From NCBI GenBank assembly GCA_964421565.1, contig CAYQXJ010000001.1, positions 192,241 to 256,240 of the forward strand: a DNA stretch of 64,000 nucleotides, written 5' to 3'. Source of the DNA: an uncultured candidatus Brocadiaceae bacterium. Lineage in GTDB: Bacteria > Planctomycetota > Brocadiia > SM23-32. The notes under the pieces are model-generated. The model worked only from the letters and a program-made list of their open reading frames with translations. It was not told where the DNA came from and ran no database searches. Both the position numbers and the translations under genes were made by a program. Below are positions 31,771 through 41,014 of the stretch, in pieces (within the stretch, counting starts at the first letter, position 1; every line of letters starts with the position of its first letter).

Positions 31771-32958
31771 TTACCTCAGTTTTGCGCGCGCGCGGCGCGT
31801 GATCCACTCCGTCACCAGGTTGGCCAGGAAGCTAAACGTCAGCAGGCAGAGCGCCATGGCGAACAGCACGTGATAGCGGGCCGAACCCGTCGTCTGGTCG
31901 GCCTCGCCCATGTCGCCCGCTATGGTTGCCGTCAGGGTCCTTACCGGCTCCAGCAGGTTGTAGAAAGGGTGGGGTATCTGGGCGGCGTTTCCGGATGCCA
32001 TCCACACCACCATCGTTTCGCCCACGGCGCGCATAACGCCCAGGATCACGGCCGCGCATATGCCGCCGGCGGCTGCCGGTATGATTACGCGGAAGATCGT
32101 CTCGACGCGGGTGGCGCCGAGGGCGTAGCTGCCCTCGCGCAGCTCGCGCCCTGCTGCCTGCAGGGCGTCTTCGGCAACGCTCACCACCGTGGGCAGGGCC
32201 ATGATGCCGAGGATGATCGATACATTGAAGGCGTTCGTCCCGCTGGAGACGTGCATTTCCAGCAGCGATGCCGACGCCCGCCACAACAGCAAGCAGCCCA
32301 GCAGGATCGTCGCGATAACTGCCATGGTCTGCCCGATTCCGCGGTAGGAGGCCGGCAGGCGCCGGGCGACGATGTCGCCGACAACCAGGGCCGCAACCCC
32401 CACTACGGGCACTCCGACCAGCCAGACGGCGACGGTGAGGATGGCACCCCCGTGCTGCTGCAGGTACGGCGCGAAAACGACCAGCGCGAAGAACCCGAAC
32501 GCCACCGAGGGGATGGCGGCCAGTATCTCGATAACCGGTTTCACCATCTGCCGGACGCCGAACGGCAGGACGTCGCTGAGGCAGACGGCGGCAGAGATGC
32601 CAAGCGGCACCGCCACGACGATGGCACCCAGGGTGACGATGGCGCTGCCGTACAAGATGCTCAGCGCGCCGAACGACGGGGGCTCGCGGGAAGGGTACCA
32701 CTCGCGAGTGGTGAAAAACTCAGTGAAGCGTGCCACGCTGAAGGTCGTCCCGCCGTCCTCAGCGGGGAAGAAGAACGGGAGGGCATCTTTGATGATGAAG
32801 GCGAATATGAAGAGGACGGCAATGGCGGAAGCCGAAGTGATGAGGAACAGAAAGGTGCGGCCCAGGAAAGAGCCGACCCGCCTCAGGCGGGTGGCTCTCT
32901 CGCTGAGCAGCAGGCTTCGAGCCTTTGCGTTCTGGCTCTGCGATGAGTCTTGAGGCAT
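31771..32958 (-). CDS. pstC: Phosphate ABC transporter permease PstC
   Basis: 395 aa, polytopic permease. Immediately downstream of pstS. Confidence 0.8.
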   Translation of the reverse strand: MPQDSSQSQNAKARSLLLSERATRLRRVGSFLGRTFLFLITSASAIAVLFIFAFIIKDALPFFFPAEDGGTTFSVARFTEFFTTREWYPSREPPSFGALSILYGSAIVTLGAIVVAVPLGISAAVCLSDVLPFGVRQMVKPVIEILAAIPSVAFGFFALVVFAPYLQQHGGAILTVAVWLVGVPVVGVAALVVGDIVARRLPASYRGIGQTMAVIATILLGCLLLWRASASLLEMHVSSGTNAFNVSIILGIMALPTVVSVAEDALQAAGRELREGSYALGATRVETIFRVIIPAAAGGICAAVILGVMRAVGETMVVWMASGNAAQIPHPFYNLLEPVRTLTATIAGDMGEADQTTGSARYHVLFAMALCLLTFSFLANLVTEWITRRARAKLR

Positions 32959-33001
32959 CTAAGAACGTCCTTCCAGTGCGCGATCGCATCTGGTGTTTAT
33001 C

Positions 33002-33865
33002 TCAGTAGTCCGTGACGGGAACGAAGCCGATGCTCTCTACGATCGCCTGCCCGTCGCGCGTCAGGTGCAGCGTGATGAACGCGTGCAGGTGCGAGCCGAG
33101 CTTCGGATATCCGTCGGTGAACATGTAAAGGGGCCGGGCAATGGCGTACTTGCCCGTGGCGACGGTGCGCGCAGTTGGTTCCACGCCATTGATGGTGAGC
33201 GCCTTGACGGTGCGGTCCACAAAGCCCAGACCGACGTAGCCGATGGCGGCCGGTGTGCTCTGCACACGGGCGCGTATGGCGCCGTTGCTGCCGACGTACT
33301 CGGCGGCGTCGTCGATGCGCTCCTTGTTCATCACGAGGCCCTCGAACGTTTCGTAGGTGCCGCTGTTGGTGTCGCGGCTGATCATGATAATCCGGCGGTC
33401 AGGGCCGCCGACCTGGTTCCAGTTCGAGATCTGACCCTTGTAGATGCGGCGGACCTGCTCGACGCTGAGTTCCTTGACCGGGTTGCTGGGGTGCACGATC
33501 ATCGCGATGCCGTCCATCGCGACCACGTGGGCCACCGGCTGCCTGCCGGCCTCTACAGCGGCGGAGAACTCGCCTTCCTTCATGAATCGCGACATGGCGC
33601 CTACGTCGCAGGTGCCGTTGATCAGGCTCTTGGCGCCGTTGCCGCTGCCGGATTCGCTGACGGTGATGTTGACCTGCGGGTTCTTGGACATGTAGTACTC
33701 GGCGAACGCCTTGGCGATGGGGCCGACGGTAGTCGAGCCGTCCACCACGATGGCGTTCGGGCTGCGCTGCTGGGCGTTGGCATCGAGGGACGCCACGCTC
33801 AGAACGGTCGCGCAGGCGAGCACGGCTGCGATCAGGATAGTCTCCAACGTGCGTACCATGGTCAC
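33002..33865 (-). CDS. pstS: Phosphate-binding protein PstS (signal peptide)
   Basis: 287 aa, GTG start. GSTTVGP...SGSGNG phosphate-binding blocks. Confidence 0.9.
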   Translation of the reverse strand: MTMVRTLETILIAAVLACATVLSVASLDANAQQRSPNAIVVDGSTTVGPIAKAFAEYYMSKNPQVNITVSESGSGNGAKSLINGTCDVGAMSRFMKEGEFSAAVEAGRQPVAHVVAMDGIAMIVHPSNPVKELSVEQVRRIYKGQISNWNQVGGPDRRIIMISRDTNSGTYETFEGLVMNKERIDDAAEYVGSNGAIRARVQSTPAAIGYVGLGFVDRTVKALTINGVEPTARTVATGKYAIARPLYMFTDGYPKLGSHLHAFITLHLTRDGQAIVESIGFVPVTDY

Positions 33866-33907
33866 TCCTCCGTGTTGGCGGTTATCCCGCCTGAAAGATA
33901 GGCTGAT

Positions 33908-33925
33908 TGTGTTAGAAGTGTGTTA
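33908..33925. promoter_or_regulatory. Pho-box-like direct repeat (7-bp TGTGTTA, 4-bp spacer, 7-bp TGTGTTA) upstream of pstS
   Basis: TGTGTTAgaagTGTGTTA lies 43-60 nt upstream of the pstS start codon. PhoB boxes have 7+4+7 (11-bp periodicity) architecture. Confidence 0.35.
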
Positions 33926-33975
33926 GGAGCAGGAGAGCGCCCGGTGAGGAGCGCCCTCCCGCGCCCCCGGGGCGT

Positions 33976-35385
33976 TTAGAAGTCCACCTGCAGACGCATC
34001 ATGAAGGTGTCTGCGTCGGCGTCGTCGATCAAGTCCTCTTCGTACATCCTGTCTTCGAGCGACGAGTTGACGTAGTTCCACATGATGCGCATGTTCGGGT
34101 TGAGGTACCAGTTCAGGCCCAGCGTGACGTTGCTCAGCTCGCCGGCATACATGATGTCGCCGTCGTTCAGGTCAACGTTGGAGTAGCGGGCCGCGACTTC
34201 CCAGGCGCCCAGTCCGCCCTTGCCGTCGAAGTTGTTCTTCGGCTTGACGCGGTCAAACTTGCCGCCGGAAGTCTTGTAAGGACGGTGTTCGCCTGTCAGG
34301 AAGTAGCTGGCGAACACGTAGAAGCCGTCGAACTGCGGGTCATCCATGGATTCGGAGTCCACGTTCGCCGTGATGTACTCACCCTGCAGGCTGAAGGGGC
34401 CGTGCACCCAGGCCGCTTCAAGGCCGCAGAGGACAACGTCATCGGCCATGAACTTGTCCGTGTTGACCCAGCGCTCGGAGGCGAGGTGCACCTCCGGACG
34501 GGCGCGGTAGCGCACCATCTCGGGGCTGTTGCGATAGCTGCCGGCAGCGCCCAGATGCACCAGGCGGGCGCCGTCGTCCTCGTAATAGGGCAGGTAGGTC
34601 AGGCGGCCGGTCGCATTCCAGCCCTCCTGATAGGTCGCCTCGTCGTCGTCGCTGTTGTGCTCTACGAACGTGCCGACCGCCCACGTGCCGCGCTTCTCGT
34701 TGAAGGTGTTAGCCACCTGGACACCGATGTTCCGGCTCGGCGAGAATGCCGCAACCGGAAGTGCACGCTCCATGAAGGTGATGTACTTGCTGCTGGTCAG
34801 TTCTTCAAGGCTGAACGGTTCCTTGAAGTTACCGGCCTTCACGGTGCCGATCGGCAGCAGGTTCGCGAACTCCAGGTAGGCGTCCTTGAAGTCCGCATCG
34901 CCACCGGCGAAGTCTATCTGCAGTTTGTAGCCGGTGTTCTCGTAGATACTGCCTTGCATGTAGAAGCGCGCCCGGCGGAACTCGGCGTCGCCCTCCAACT
35001 CGCCCAGAGTCGCCTCGATCTCGTCGTCCGCACTCATGCTCGCTACGTCGACCATGATGCGTCCGCCGACCTTCAGGCTGAAGGCGCCGTCCAGGCTCTT
35101 GAAGCGCAGACCCTTGCTCCAGTATGCCTTCAGGGTCTCTGGGCCGTAGAGCTGTTCCATCTCCTCGCGGACAATCTGCGAGACCTGCTCTCTGTCGACC
35201 CCCTGCCGGGCGGGGGGCAGACCCCGCTCGCGGGAATACTCTTCCAGCCGCTTCTCGAGTTCGTCAACACGCCGACGCAGGACATCCACTTCGGAATACC
35301 CCGCCGACGCTACGCCACCAACCAGCAGGGAGAGCCCCACTGCCAGCAGCACCGCTCTGCTTGCCATTCTACACATGCTATGCAT
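33976..35385 (-). CDS. Phosphate-selective porin O/P (OprP-like) outer-membrane beta-barrel
   Basis: 469 aa. Signal peptide, N-terminal coiled segment, then an aromatic-rich beta-strand pattern ending in a terminal Phe (..MRLQVDF). Confidence 0.75.
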   Translation of the reverse strand: MHSMCRMASRAVLLAVGLSLLVGGVASAGYSEVDVLRRRVDELEKRLEEYSRERGLPPARQGVDREQVSQIVREEMEQLYGPETLKAYWSKGLRFKSLDGAFSLKVGGRIMVDVASMSADDEIEATLGELEGDAEFRRARFYMQGSIYENTGYKLQIDFAGGDADFKDAYLEFANLLPIGTVKAGNFKEPFSLEELTSSKYITFMERALPVAAFSPSRNIGVQVANTFNEKRGTWAVGTFVEHNSDDDEATYQEGWNATGRLTYLPYYEDDGARLVHLGAAGSYRNSPEMVRYRARPEVHLASERWVNTDKFMADDVVLCGLEAAWVHGPFSLQGEYITANVDSESMDDPQFDGFYVFASYFLTGEHRPYKTSGGKFDRVKPKNNFDGKGGLGAWEVAARYSNVDLNDGDIMYAGELSNVTLGLNWYLNPNMRIMWNYVNSSLEDRMYEEDLIDDADADTFMMRLQVDF

Positions 35386-35808
35386 CCTCTAAGAGTTGAA
35401 CGGACGGACAGTTGCAGAAACAAACCGCAGTGATTAGGGGGGAAGACTGCCTGCATCTGCGCGCACGCCGTCGGTGACGGCGCGCGCGGCGTCACACTCC
35501 ATCCTCCGGACCTCGCATGTCTGCCACGCTCTGCCGCTCAGGCGTGCACGCGCCACCGGCGGCCCCCACGGACCGATACGCGACCGATGGCACGCTGCTG
35601 CTTTTGCGCTTGTGCACACGGGTAGAGCGGGGACAGTAGCCGAGGCGCTGCCTCGTTGCGTTGTGTCCACGGGCGCACGCCGCCTCGCAAAACGCGCACT
35701 CGGGGTGCTCAAGCCATCTGCCTTGAGCAGCACAGGATAGGGCCGGGCTATGAGGGAGGTGTTAGCGCTCGTTGAGAAACGCGATGACGTGCGCCGGGCG
35801 GCGCGACG

Positions 35809-37587
35809 TCATTCGCTCGGCAGGTAAATGGTGAATGTGCTGCCCTTGCCGAGAGTGGTCTGCACGTCCACGCGGCCGCCGTGGGCCTGGGCGATGTGCT
35901 TGACGATAGCCAGCCCCAGGCCGGTGCCCCCGCTCTTGCGGTCCCGACCGCGGTCTACGCGGTAGAAGCGCTCGAATATGCGCGGCAGGTGCTCTGAGGG
36001 TATCCCCGGCCCCTCGTCGCGCACGCTGATGCGCGCCTCCTGTCCCTCCCGGCGCGCTTCCACGCGGATGCTGCTGCCTGCCGGGCTGTAGGTGACGGCA
36101 TTGTCCACGAGGTTGAAGACGGCCTGCTCGAGCAGGGCGGCGTTCATGGGAATGCGCACTTTGCCTTCGCACTCGAGCTCCACGTGTACGTCCTTTGTCT
36201 CGGCGGCTGTGCGGCAGAGCGCCACCGCCGACTCGACCACCTCGTCGAGCGCCCCTTGCTCGAGGCTCACCTCTCCGGCTTCGACCTCTCGTTCGGTGCG
36301 GCTCAGCGTCAGCAGGTCGTTGAACAGCATCTGCAGGCGGTCGGCCTGCCTGACGATGATGCTCAGGAAGCGTTCGCGCTTGCGTGCGTCATCCTCCTGC
36401 TGCTCCAGCAGGGTTTCGGCGAAGCCTTTGATGACGGTGATGGGCGTTCGCAACTCATGGCTGACGTTCGCCACGAAGTCCTGGCGCATGCGTTCCAGGC
36501 GGCGCAGGCGGGTCACGTCGTTCAGTGCCAGCAGCGTGCCGGCGGGTTCGCCCTCGGTGCCTCTCAGCACGGTACCCCGCACGTGCAGGTGCAGCTCGCC
36601 CTCCTCACCCGGTAGCGTCACTTCGCCCTCCACCAGTTCGTCAGCGCCGAGGGCCCTGTTGATGATCTGGTGCAGACCGGGGTTGCGCACGATCTCCTGT
36701 ATGGTGCGGCCCACGGCCCGGCCGGCGTCGGTGCCCAGTAGTCCGGCTGCCGCGCGGTTCATGATCAGTACGCGGTCCTCGGCGTCCACGGCGAGAACGC
36801 CCTCCACCATGCTGCGCAGCACGGCCTCCAGCTCGTTGCGCTGCTGCAGCACGGTGCCGACGCGCTGGTCCAGGCGCTCTGCCATCTGGTTCATCGCCTC
36901 GGCGAGCGACGCGAGCTCTCTGGCCTTGGGCACGGGCACTTTGTGCTTCAGGTCGCCTCGGGCGAACCACTCCGCTCCGCCCTGCAGTTCCTGGAGCGGT
37001 TTCACGATGCGCCGCGAGGCGTAGAGGCTTGCCGCCGCCGCAACCAGGGCGACGATCACTGCCCAGAGCAGCACCTTCTCGCTGAACCAGCCTATGGTCT
37101 GCTGCATGCTGGCCAGTGGCACCGAGGCCCGCACCACGTGGGTGACTCTCCCTCTGTCGCTGCGCAGGGGCACGGCCACGTACATCATTGTTCGGCGCAA
37201 AGTGCGGCTGCGGCGTACGGCCTGGCCGACTTCGCCCCGGAGCGCATGGGCGATCTCCGGGCGGTCGGCGTGGTTCTCCATGCGTTCGGAGTCCTCGTGC
37301 GAGTCGCCCAGCACGTCGCCGAACTCATCCACCACGGTAAGGCGAGCCTCCGCATGCTCGCTGAGGGCTGCGCAAAGCTCATCGAGGTTGCCGTTGCCTT
37401 CGGCGAGCAGGGCTTCGCGTATCTGGGTGCTGGCCAACCGCGCCCGCCCCTCCAGGCCGTCGGCCGTCACTTGTTGATGGAAGCTCTGCAGCAGGTGGCT
37501 TCCGTACCACAGCACGGCCACCAGTACCCCGAAGGTGATGAGCAGATATGACGGGTACAGTTGCCACAGCAGGCGTCTGCGGGCCAC
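35809..37587 (-). CDS. phoR: Phosphate regulon sensor histidine kinase PhoR (TM, HAMP, PAS, HisKA, HATPase)
   Basis: 592 aa. H-box NVSHELRTPITVIKGF, PAS region, G-box GGTGLGLAIVKHI. Confidence 0.85.
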   Translation of the reverse strand: MARRRLLWQLYPSYLLITFGVLVAVLWYGSHLLQSFHQQVTADGLEGRARLASTQIREALLAEGNGNLDELCAALSEHAEARLTVVDEFGDVLGDSHEDSERMENHADRPEIAHALRGEVGQAVRRSRTLRRTMMYVAVPLRSDRGRVTHVVRASVPLASMQQTIGWFSEKVLLWAVIVALVAAAASLYASRRIVKPLQELQGGAEWFARGDLKHKVPVPKARELASLAEAMNQMAERLDQRVGTVLQQRNELEAVLRSMVEGVLAVDAEDRVLIMNRAAAGLLGTDAGRAVGRTIQEIVRNPGLHQIINRALGADELVEGEVTLPGEEGELHLHVRGTVLRGTEGEPAGTLLALNDVTRLRRLERMRQDFVANVSHELRTPITVIKGFAETLLEQQEDDARKRERFLSIIVRQADRLQMLFNDLLTLSRTEREVEAGEVSLEQGALDEVVESAVALCRTAAETKDVHVELECEGKVRIPMNAALLEQAVFNLVDNAVTYSPAGSSIRVEARREGQEARISVRDEGPGIPSEHLPRIFERFYRVDRGRDRKSGGTGLGLAIVKHIAQAHGGRVDVQTTLGKGSTFTIYLPSE

Positions 37588-37590
37588 GGC

Positions 37591-38277
37591 TCACTCCTTG
37601 AAGCGATAGCCCACGCCGCGTACGGTCTCGATCAGGTCGCCGAAGCTCCCCAGTTTCTTGCGCAGCGTGGCGATGTGGAAATCGACCGACCGGTCGGTCA
37701 CGGGATAGTCCGAGCCCCGCACTGCGTCGATGATCTGGTAACGGGTGAACACCCAGCCCGGGCGCCGGGCCAGGAAGTGGAGTATCTGGAACTCGGTGTG
37801 CGTCAGGTCGATGCGCTCCTCGCCGGCGCGCACCTCGTGCCGGCCGGGATGGATCAGCAGGTCATGCGCCTCGATCGGCTCGTCTTCGGCCACCGGCTCC
37901 CGCCTTTTGCGGCGCAACACCGCGCGCACGCGGGCCATCAGCACGCGCGGGCTGAACGGCTTGGTCACGTAGTCGTCCGCCCCGAGCTCGAGCCCGGCCA
38001 CGATGTCCGCTTCCTCGCCCTTCGCCGTGAGCATGACGATGGGTATGTGCGCGCTCTCCTGGTCTGCCTTCAACCTGCGGCAGACTTCCAGCCCGTCGAT
38101 GCCGGGCAGCAACAGGTCCAGCACGATCAAGTCCGGCCTCTGTGCGCGAGTCTTCTTGAGCGCTTCCTCGCCCGTGCCCACGCACGTTACCTCGTAGCCT
38201 TCCCGCTCGACGTGATGGCCGACCAGTTCCCGGATGTCCTCTTCGTCGTCGACGACCAGTATGTGTTCCTTCGGCAT
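37591..38277 (-). CDS. phoB: Phosphate regulon response regulator PhoB (OmpR family)
   Basis: Start MPKEHILVVDDE. Receiver plus winged-helix (GYRF) output domain. Confidence 0.85.
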   Translation of the reverse strand: MPKEHILVVDDEEDIRELVGHHVEREGYEVTCVGTGEEALKKTRAQRPDLIVLDLLLPGIDGLEVCRRLKADQESAHIPIVMLTAKGEEADIVAGLELGADDYVTKPFSPRVLMARVRAVLRRKRREPVAEDEPIEAHDLLIHPGRHEVRAGEERIDLTHTEFQILHFLARRPGWVFTRYQIIDAVRGSDYPVTDRSVDFHIATLRKKLGSFGDLIETVRGVGYRFKE

Positions 38278-38451
38278 TGGCGCCCCCTGATCCGTGTTAG
38301 GTTCGGGTACACCCATCTGTATTATAGTCTACTATGTTAGCGCGCGGTGAGCGCTTCTCGATGCCCGCGTGAGCCGATCCGCCCCCCAGGCCTGGGCGAC
38401 ATCTGTCCATGATGTGTTCTCGCCGTCCGAGAGGGCGCGGCGCACGTTCGA

Positions 38452-39774
38452 CTACCGGATCTCCGCCGCCGGGGTTGGCGAGCGCGGGGACTGCTTGCGG
38501 CGCAGGGTCGGACCATCTTCGACCAGGGGGTCGGGCCAACCGTAACGTTCGTGCATGCGCAGCAGCCATTTCTCGAGCCGGCGTTCGAGCTCGCACGCTA
38601 CGTCGCGTTCCACGTTGATCAGGTTGGTCTGCTCGTCTGGGTCTTTGGCCAGGTTGTATAGTTCGCGCACGGCGGTTCCGTGCCAGTTATGCAGGGGTGT
38701 GTCCGAGGCTGCCCGGATGAGCTTCCAGTCCCTGGTGCGCACGCCGCGCTTCACCTGCCAGGTGCCTTCGGCGAGGAACAGGTTCTCGTAGCCGGCTTCG
38801 CCCTGTGCCACGGCCAGCAAGTCCTTGCCGCACATGTCGGCCGGAGCGTCCGCGCCCGCCAGTCTCAGCAGCGTAGGGGGCAGGTCGAGCATCTGCACCA
38901 TCGGCTCCACCCGCGCCCCGGCGTGCTCTGCGCCGGGCAGCTTCACGATGAGCGGCACGTGGATGTTGTCGTCGTAGAGGCCGTGATGGTCGAAGTAGCC
39001 CTCGTGGCGGTCGAGCACTTCGCCGTGGTCGGAGAAGGCGACGATCAGCGATTCGTCGTAGAGGTCGCGGGCCTTCAGCTCCTCCAGGAATGCGCCCAAA
39101 TGCTCGCTGTTGTATGCGATCTCTGCATCGTACTGAGCGCAGACGTAGCCGGCGTCGGTTATGTCCTCGTCGATCCACCCCCAGCCGACGAATGGGCCGG
39201 CGCGGACCTCGAGCATGGAGGTCTTTGACGGATCTCGCGGATCGCCTTCGTAGAACATGCCGCTGTAGGGTTCGGGCGGCCAGTAGGGTGTGTGAGGGTC
39301 CCAGTAGTGGACGAACTGGAAGAAAGGCCGTCCGCCGGGCAGGTCGTCGAGCATCTGGACGGCGGCGGCGCTGATCAGCTCCGCGTTGCGTTTCACCCGC
39401 GCCTCCTTGTCGGACCCCATACCGGGCCAACGGCGTTCGGCGAACCCATCGCCGAAGAGCTCGGCGTGCCCGTGCAGGTTGTCCACGGCGCAGGTGTGAT
39501 AACCCGCGTCGGTGAGCAGCGCTGGCAGCCAGGGCGCTTCTTCCGGAATCCGCCGCGGCGGTATGACGCCCGCTATCCGATGCCCGTAATCCGCAAGTCC
39601 GGTGAAAAGCGACGCGAAGGACGGATCGGTCGGGATCGCCGGCGCGAAGAAGTTCTCGAACACGATGCCGTCTTCGGCCAGGGCGTCCAGGGCGGGGCTG
39701 GTCTGGCGCCCGTAGCCGTAGCAGCCGAGGTGATCGGCGCGCAGGGTATCGATGGCGATCAGGATGATGTTCAT
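38452..39774 (-). CDS. Sulfatase-family (alkaline phosphatase superfamily) hydrolase with a Thr in the nucleophile position (T-D-P-S-F instead of C-x-P-x-R); no signal peptide
   Basis: The ORF 38452..39861 has a probable start at MNIILIAIDTLRADHLGCYGY (39774). Sulfatase-fold blocks throughout. The motif position reads AIPTDPSFASLFTG. Confidence 0.7.
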   Translation of the reverse strand: MNIILIAIDTLRADHLGCYGYGRQTSPALDALAEDGIVFENFFAPAIPTDPSFASLFTGLADYGHRIAGVIPPRRIPEEAPWLPALLTDAGYHTCAVDNLHGHAELFGDGFAERRWPGMGSDKEARVKRNAELISAAAVQMLDDLPGGRPFFQFVHYWDPHTPYWPPEPYSGMFYEGDPRDPSKTSMLEVRAGPFVGWGWIDEDITDAGYVCAQYDAEIAYNSEHLGAFLEELKARDLYDESLIVAFSDHGEVLDRHEGYFDHHGLYDDNIHVPLIVKLPGAEHAGARVEPMVQMLDLPPTLLRLAGADAPADMCGKDLLAVAQGEAGYENLFLAEGTWQVKRGVRTRDWKLIRAASDTPLHNWHGTAVRELYNLAKDPDEQTNLINVERDVACELERRLEKWLLRMHERYGWPDPLVEDGPTLRRKQSPRSPTPAAEIR

Positions 39775-39951
39775 GGGCCGCTCCGAGCTGAGGCAACCGG
39801 GTACGCGCAGGCAGCTTGCTAAGGCGGCACGAATCCTACGCGGGCGGCCCGCGTGTGTCAAGGCTGGGCAGTGGCCGCGAGCTTGACGGTTTCTGCGGGC
39901 GCTGTTATCGTTCAGCGCGAACGAAAACTTATGCTCGGGAGACCCTCACAG

Positions 39952-40998
39952 ATGAGCTATGACCTGGTGACCTTCGGCGAGGCTATGGTGCGGCTGACCT
40001 CGCCGCACCATCAACGGTTGGAGCAGTCGCGCGTGCTGGAGATGTCCGTCGGCGGCGCAGAGTGGAACGTCGCTGTCAACGTCTCGCGGCTCGGCCTGCG
40101 CACGGCGTGGGTCTCGAGCCTGGTGGACACGTGGTCCGGCCGCTTCATCGCTCAGCAGGCGCGCACGCACGGCGTGGACGTAAGCAACGTGGTGTGGCTC
40201 GACTTCGACGGTGTTGGCCGCACCCGCAACGGCTTCTATCACCTGGAGGTGGGTGTCGGCCCTCGCGCCAGCGCCGTAACCTATGATCGCGGCCACAGCG
40301 CCGTCAGCAAGCTGGGGCCGGGCACGGTGGACTGGCATGCCGTGCTGGACGGGGCCAGGTGGCTGCACAGCAGCGGCATCACTCCGGCGCTCTCCACTAC
40401 ACTGCGGGAGACGACGATCGAGATGTTCCGCGCCGCCAACGAACTCGGCGTGCGCACCAGCTACGACCTGAACTTCCGCGGCAAGCTGTGGACGGCGCAG
40501 GAAGCGCGAGAGACGAACGCGCAGGTAGTCCCCCACGTCGAGGTGCTCATCGGCAACGAGGAGGACTTCGAGAAGTGCCTCGGCATCAAGGCGGCGGGCA
40601 CCACCCAGCAGTACTCACGGCTCGACCCGGAGAGCTACAAGGACGTGGTGCGCGAGGCCGTTGAGCGCTTCCCCAATGTCAGGATGGTCGGCACCACGCT
40701 GCGCAACGCCAAGACCGGCCTGCTCAATGACTGGCGCACGTTGCTCTTCGACGGCGAAGATTTCCACCTGAGCCATGTCTACGAGGATCTGGAACTCGTC
40801 GACCGGGTGGGCGGCGGCGATAGCTTCAGCTCGGCGGTCATCTACGGATCGCTCAGTGGCTGGGAGCCCGAGCAAACATGTCAGTTCGCCGCGGCATACA
40901 GTGCGCTGGCGCACACGTTCCCGGGCGATCTGAACTGGGCGACAGAGGCCGAGGCGCGCAAGATCATGGGCGGCGGCAGTGCCCGAATCTCTCGGTGA
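39952..40998 (+). CDS. kdgK: PfkB-family sugar kinase (2-dehydro-3-deoxygluconokinase/KDGal kinase-like)
   Basis: Start MSYDLVTFGEAMVRL. C-terminal DRVGGGDSFSSA anion-hole/GG motif. Confidence 0.75.
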   Translation: MSYDLVTFGEAMVRLTSPHHQRLEQSRVLEMSVGGAEWNVAVNVSRLGLRTAWVSSLVDTWSGRFIAQQARTHGVDVSNVVWLDFDGVGRTRNGFYHLEVGVGPRASAVTYDRGHSAVSKLGPGTVDWHAVLDGARWLHSSGITPALSTTLRETTIEMFRAANELGVRTSYDLNFRGKLWTAQEARETNAQVVPHVEVLIGNEEDFEKCLGIKAAGTTQQYSRLDPESYKDVVREAVERFPNVRMVGTTLRNAKTGLLNDWRTLLFDGEDFHLSHVYEDLELVDRVGGGDSFSSAVIYGSLSGWEPEQTCQFAAAYSALAHTFPGDLNWATEAEARKIMGGGSARISR

Positions 40999-41014
40999 CT
41001 GGGGGGGGTAAGGC

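Noticed and set aside
33930-33975. GC-rich near-palindrome (CGCCCCCGGGGCG) downstream of the porin gene as a terminator
   Set aside because: The halves are not truly complementary, so a stable stem cannot form.
35590-35615. TGGCACG...TTTTGC near the phoR/porin intergenic region as a sigma54 promoter
   Set aside because: The spacing between the GG and GC doublets is 5 nt too long, and it is on the strand opposite to the porin gene.
35610-35674. Two copies of TTGTG(Y)(M)CACGGG about 51 bp apart upstream of the porin gene, considered as additional PhoB sites
   Set aside because: Only a partial match between copies and no resemblance to the 7+4+7 repeat upstream of pstS. Too weak to call.
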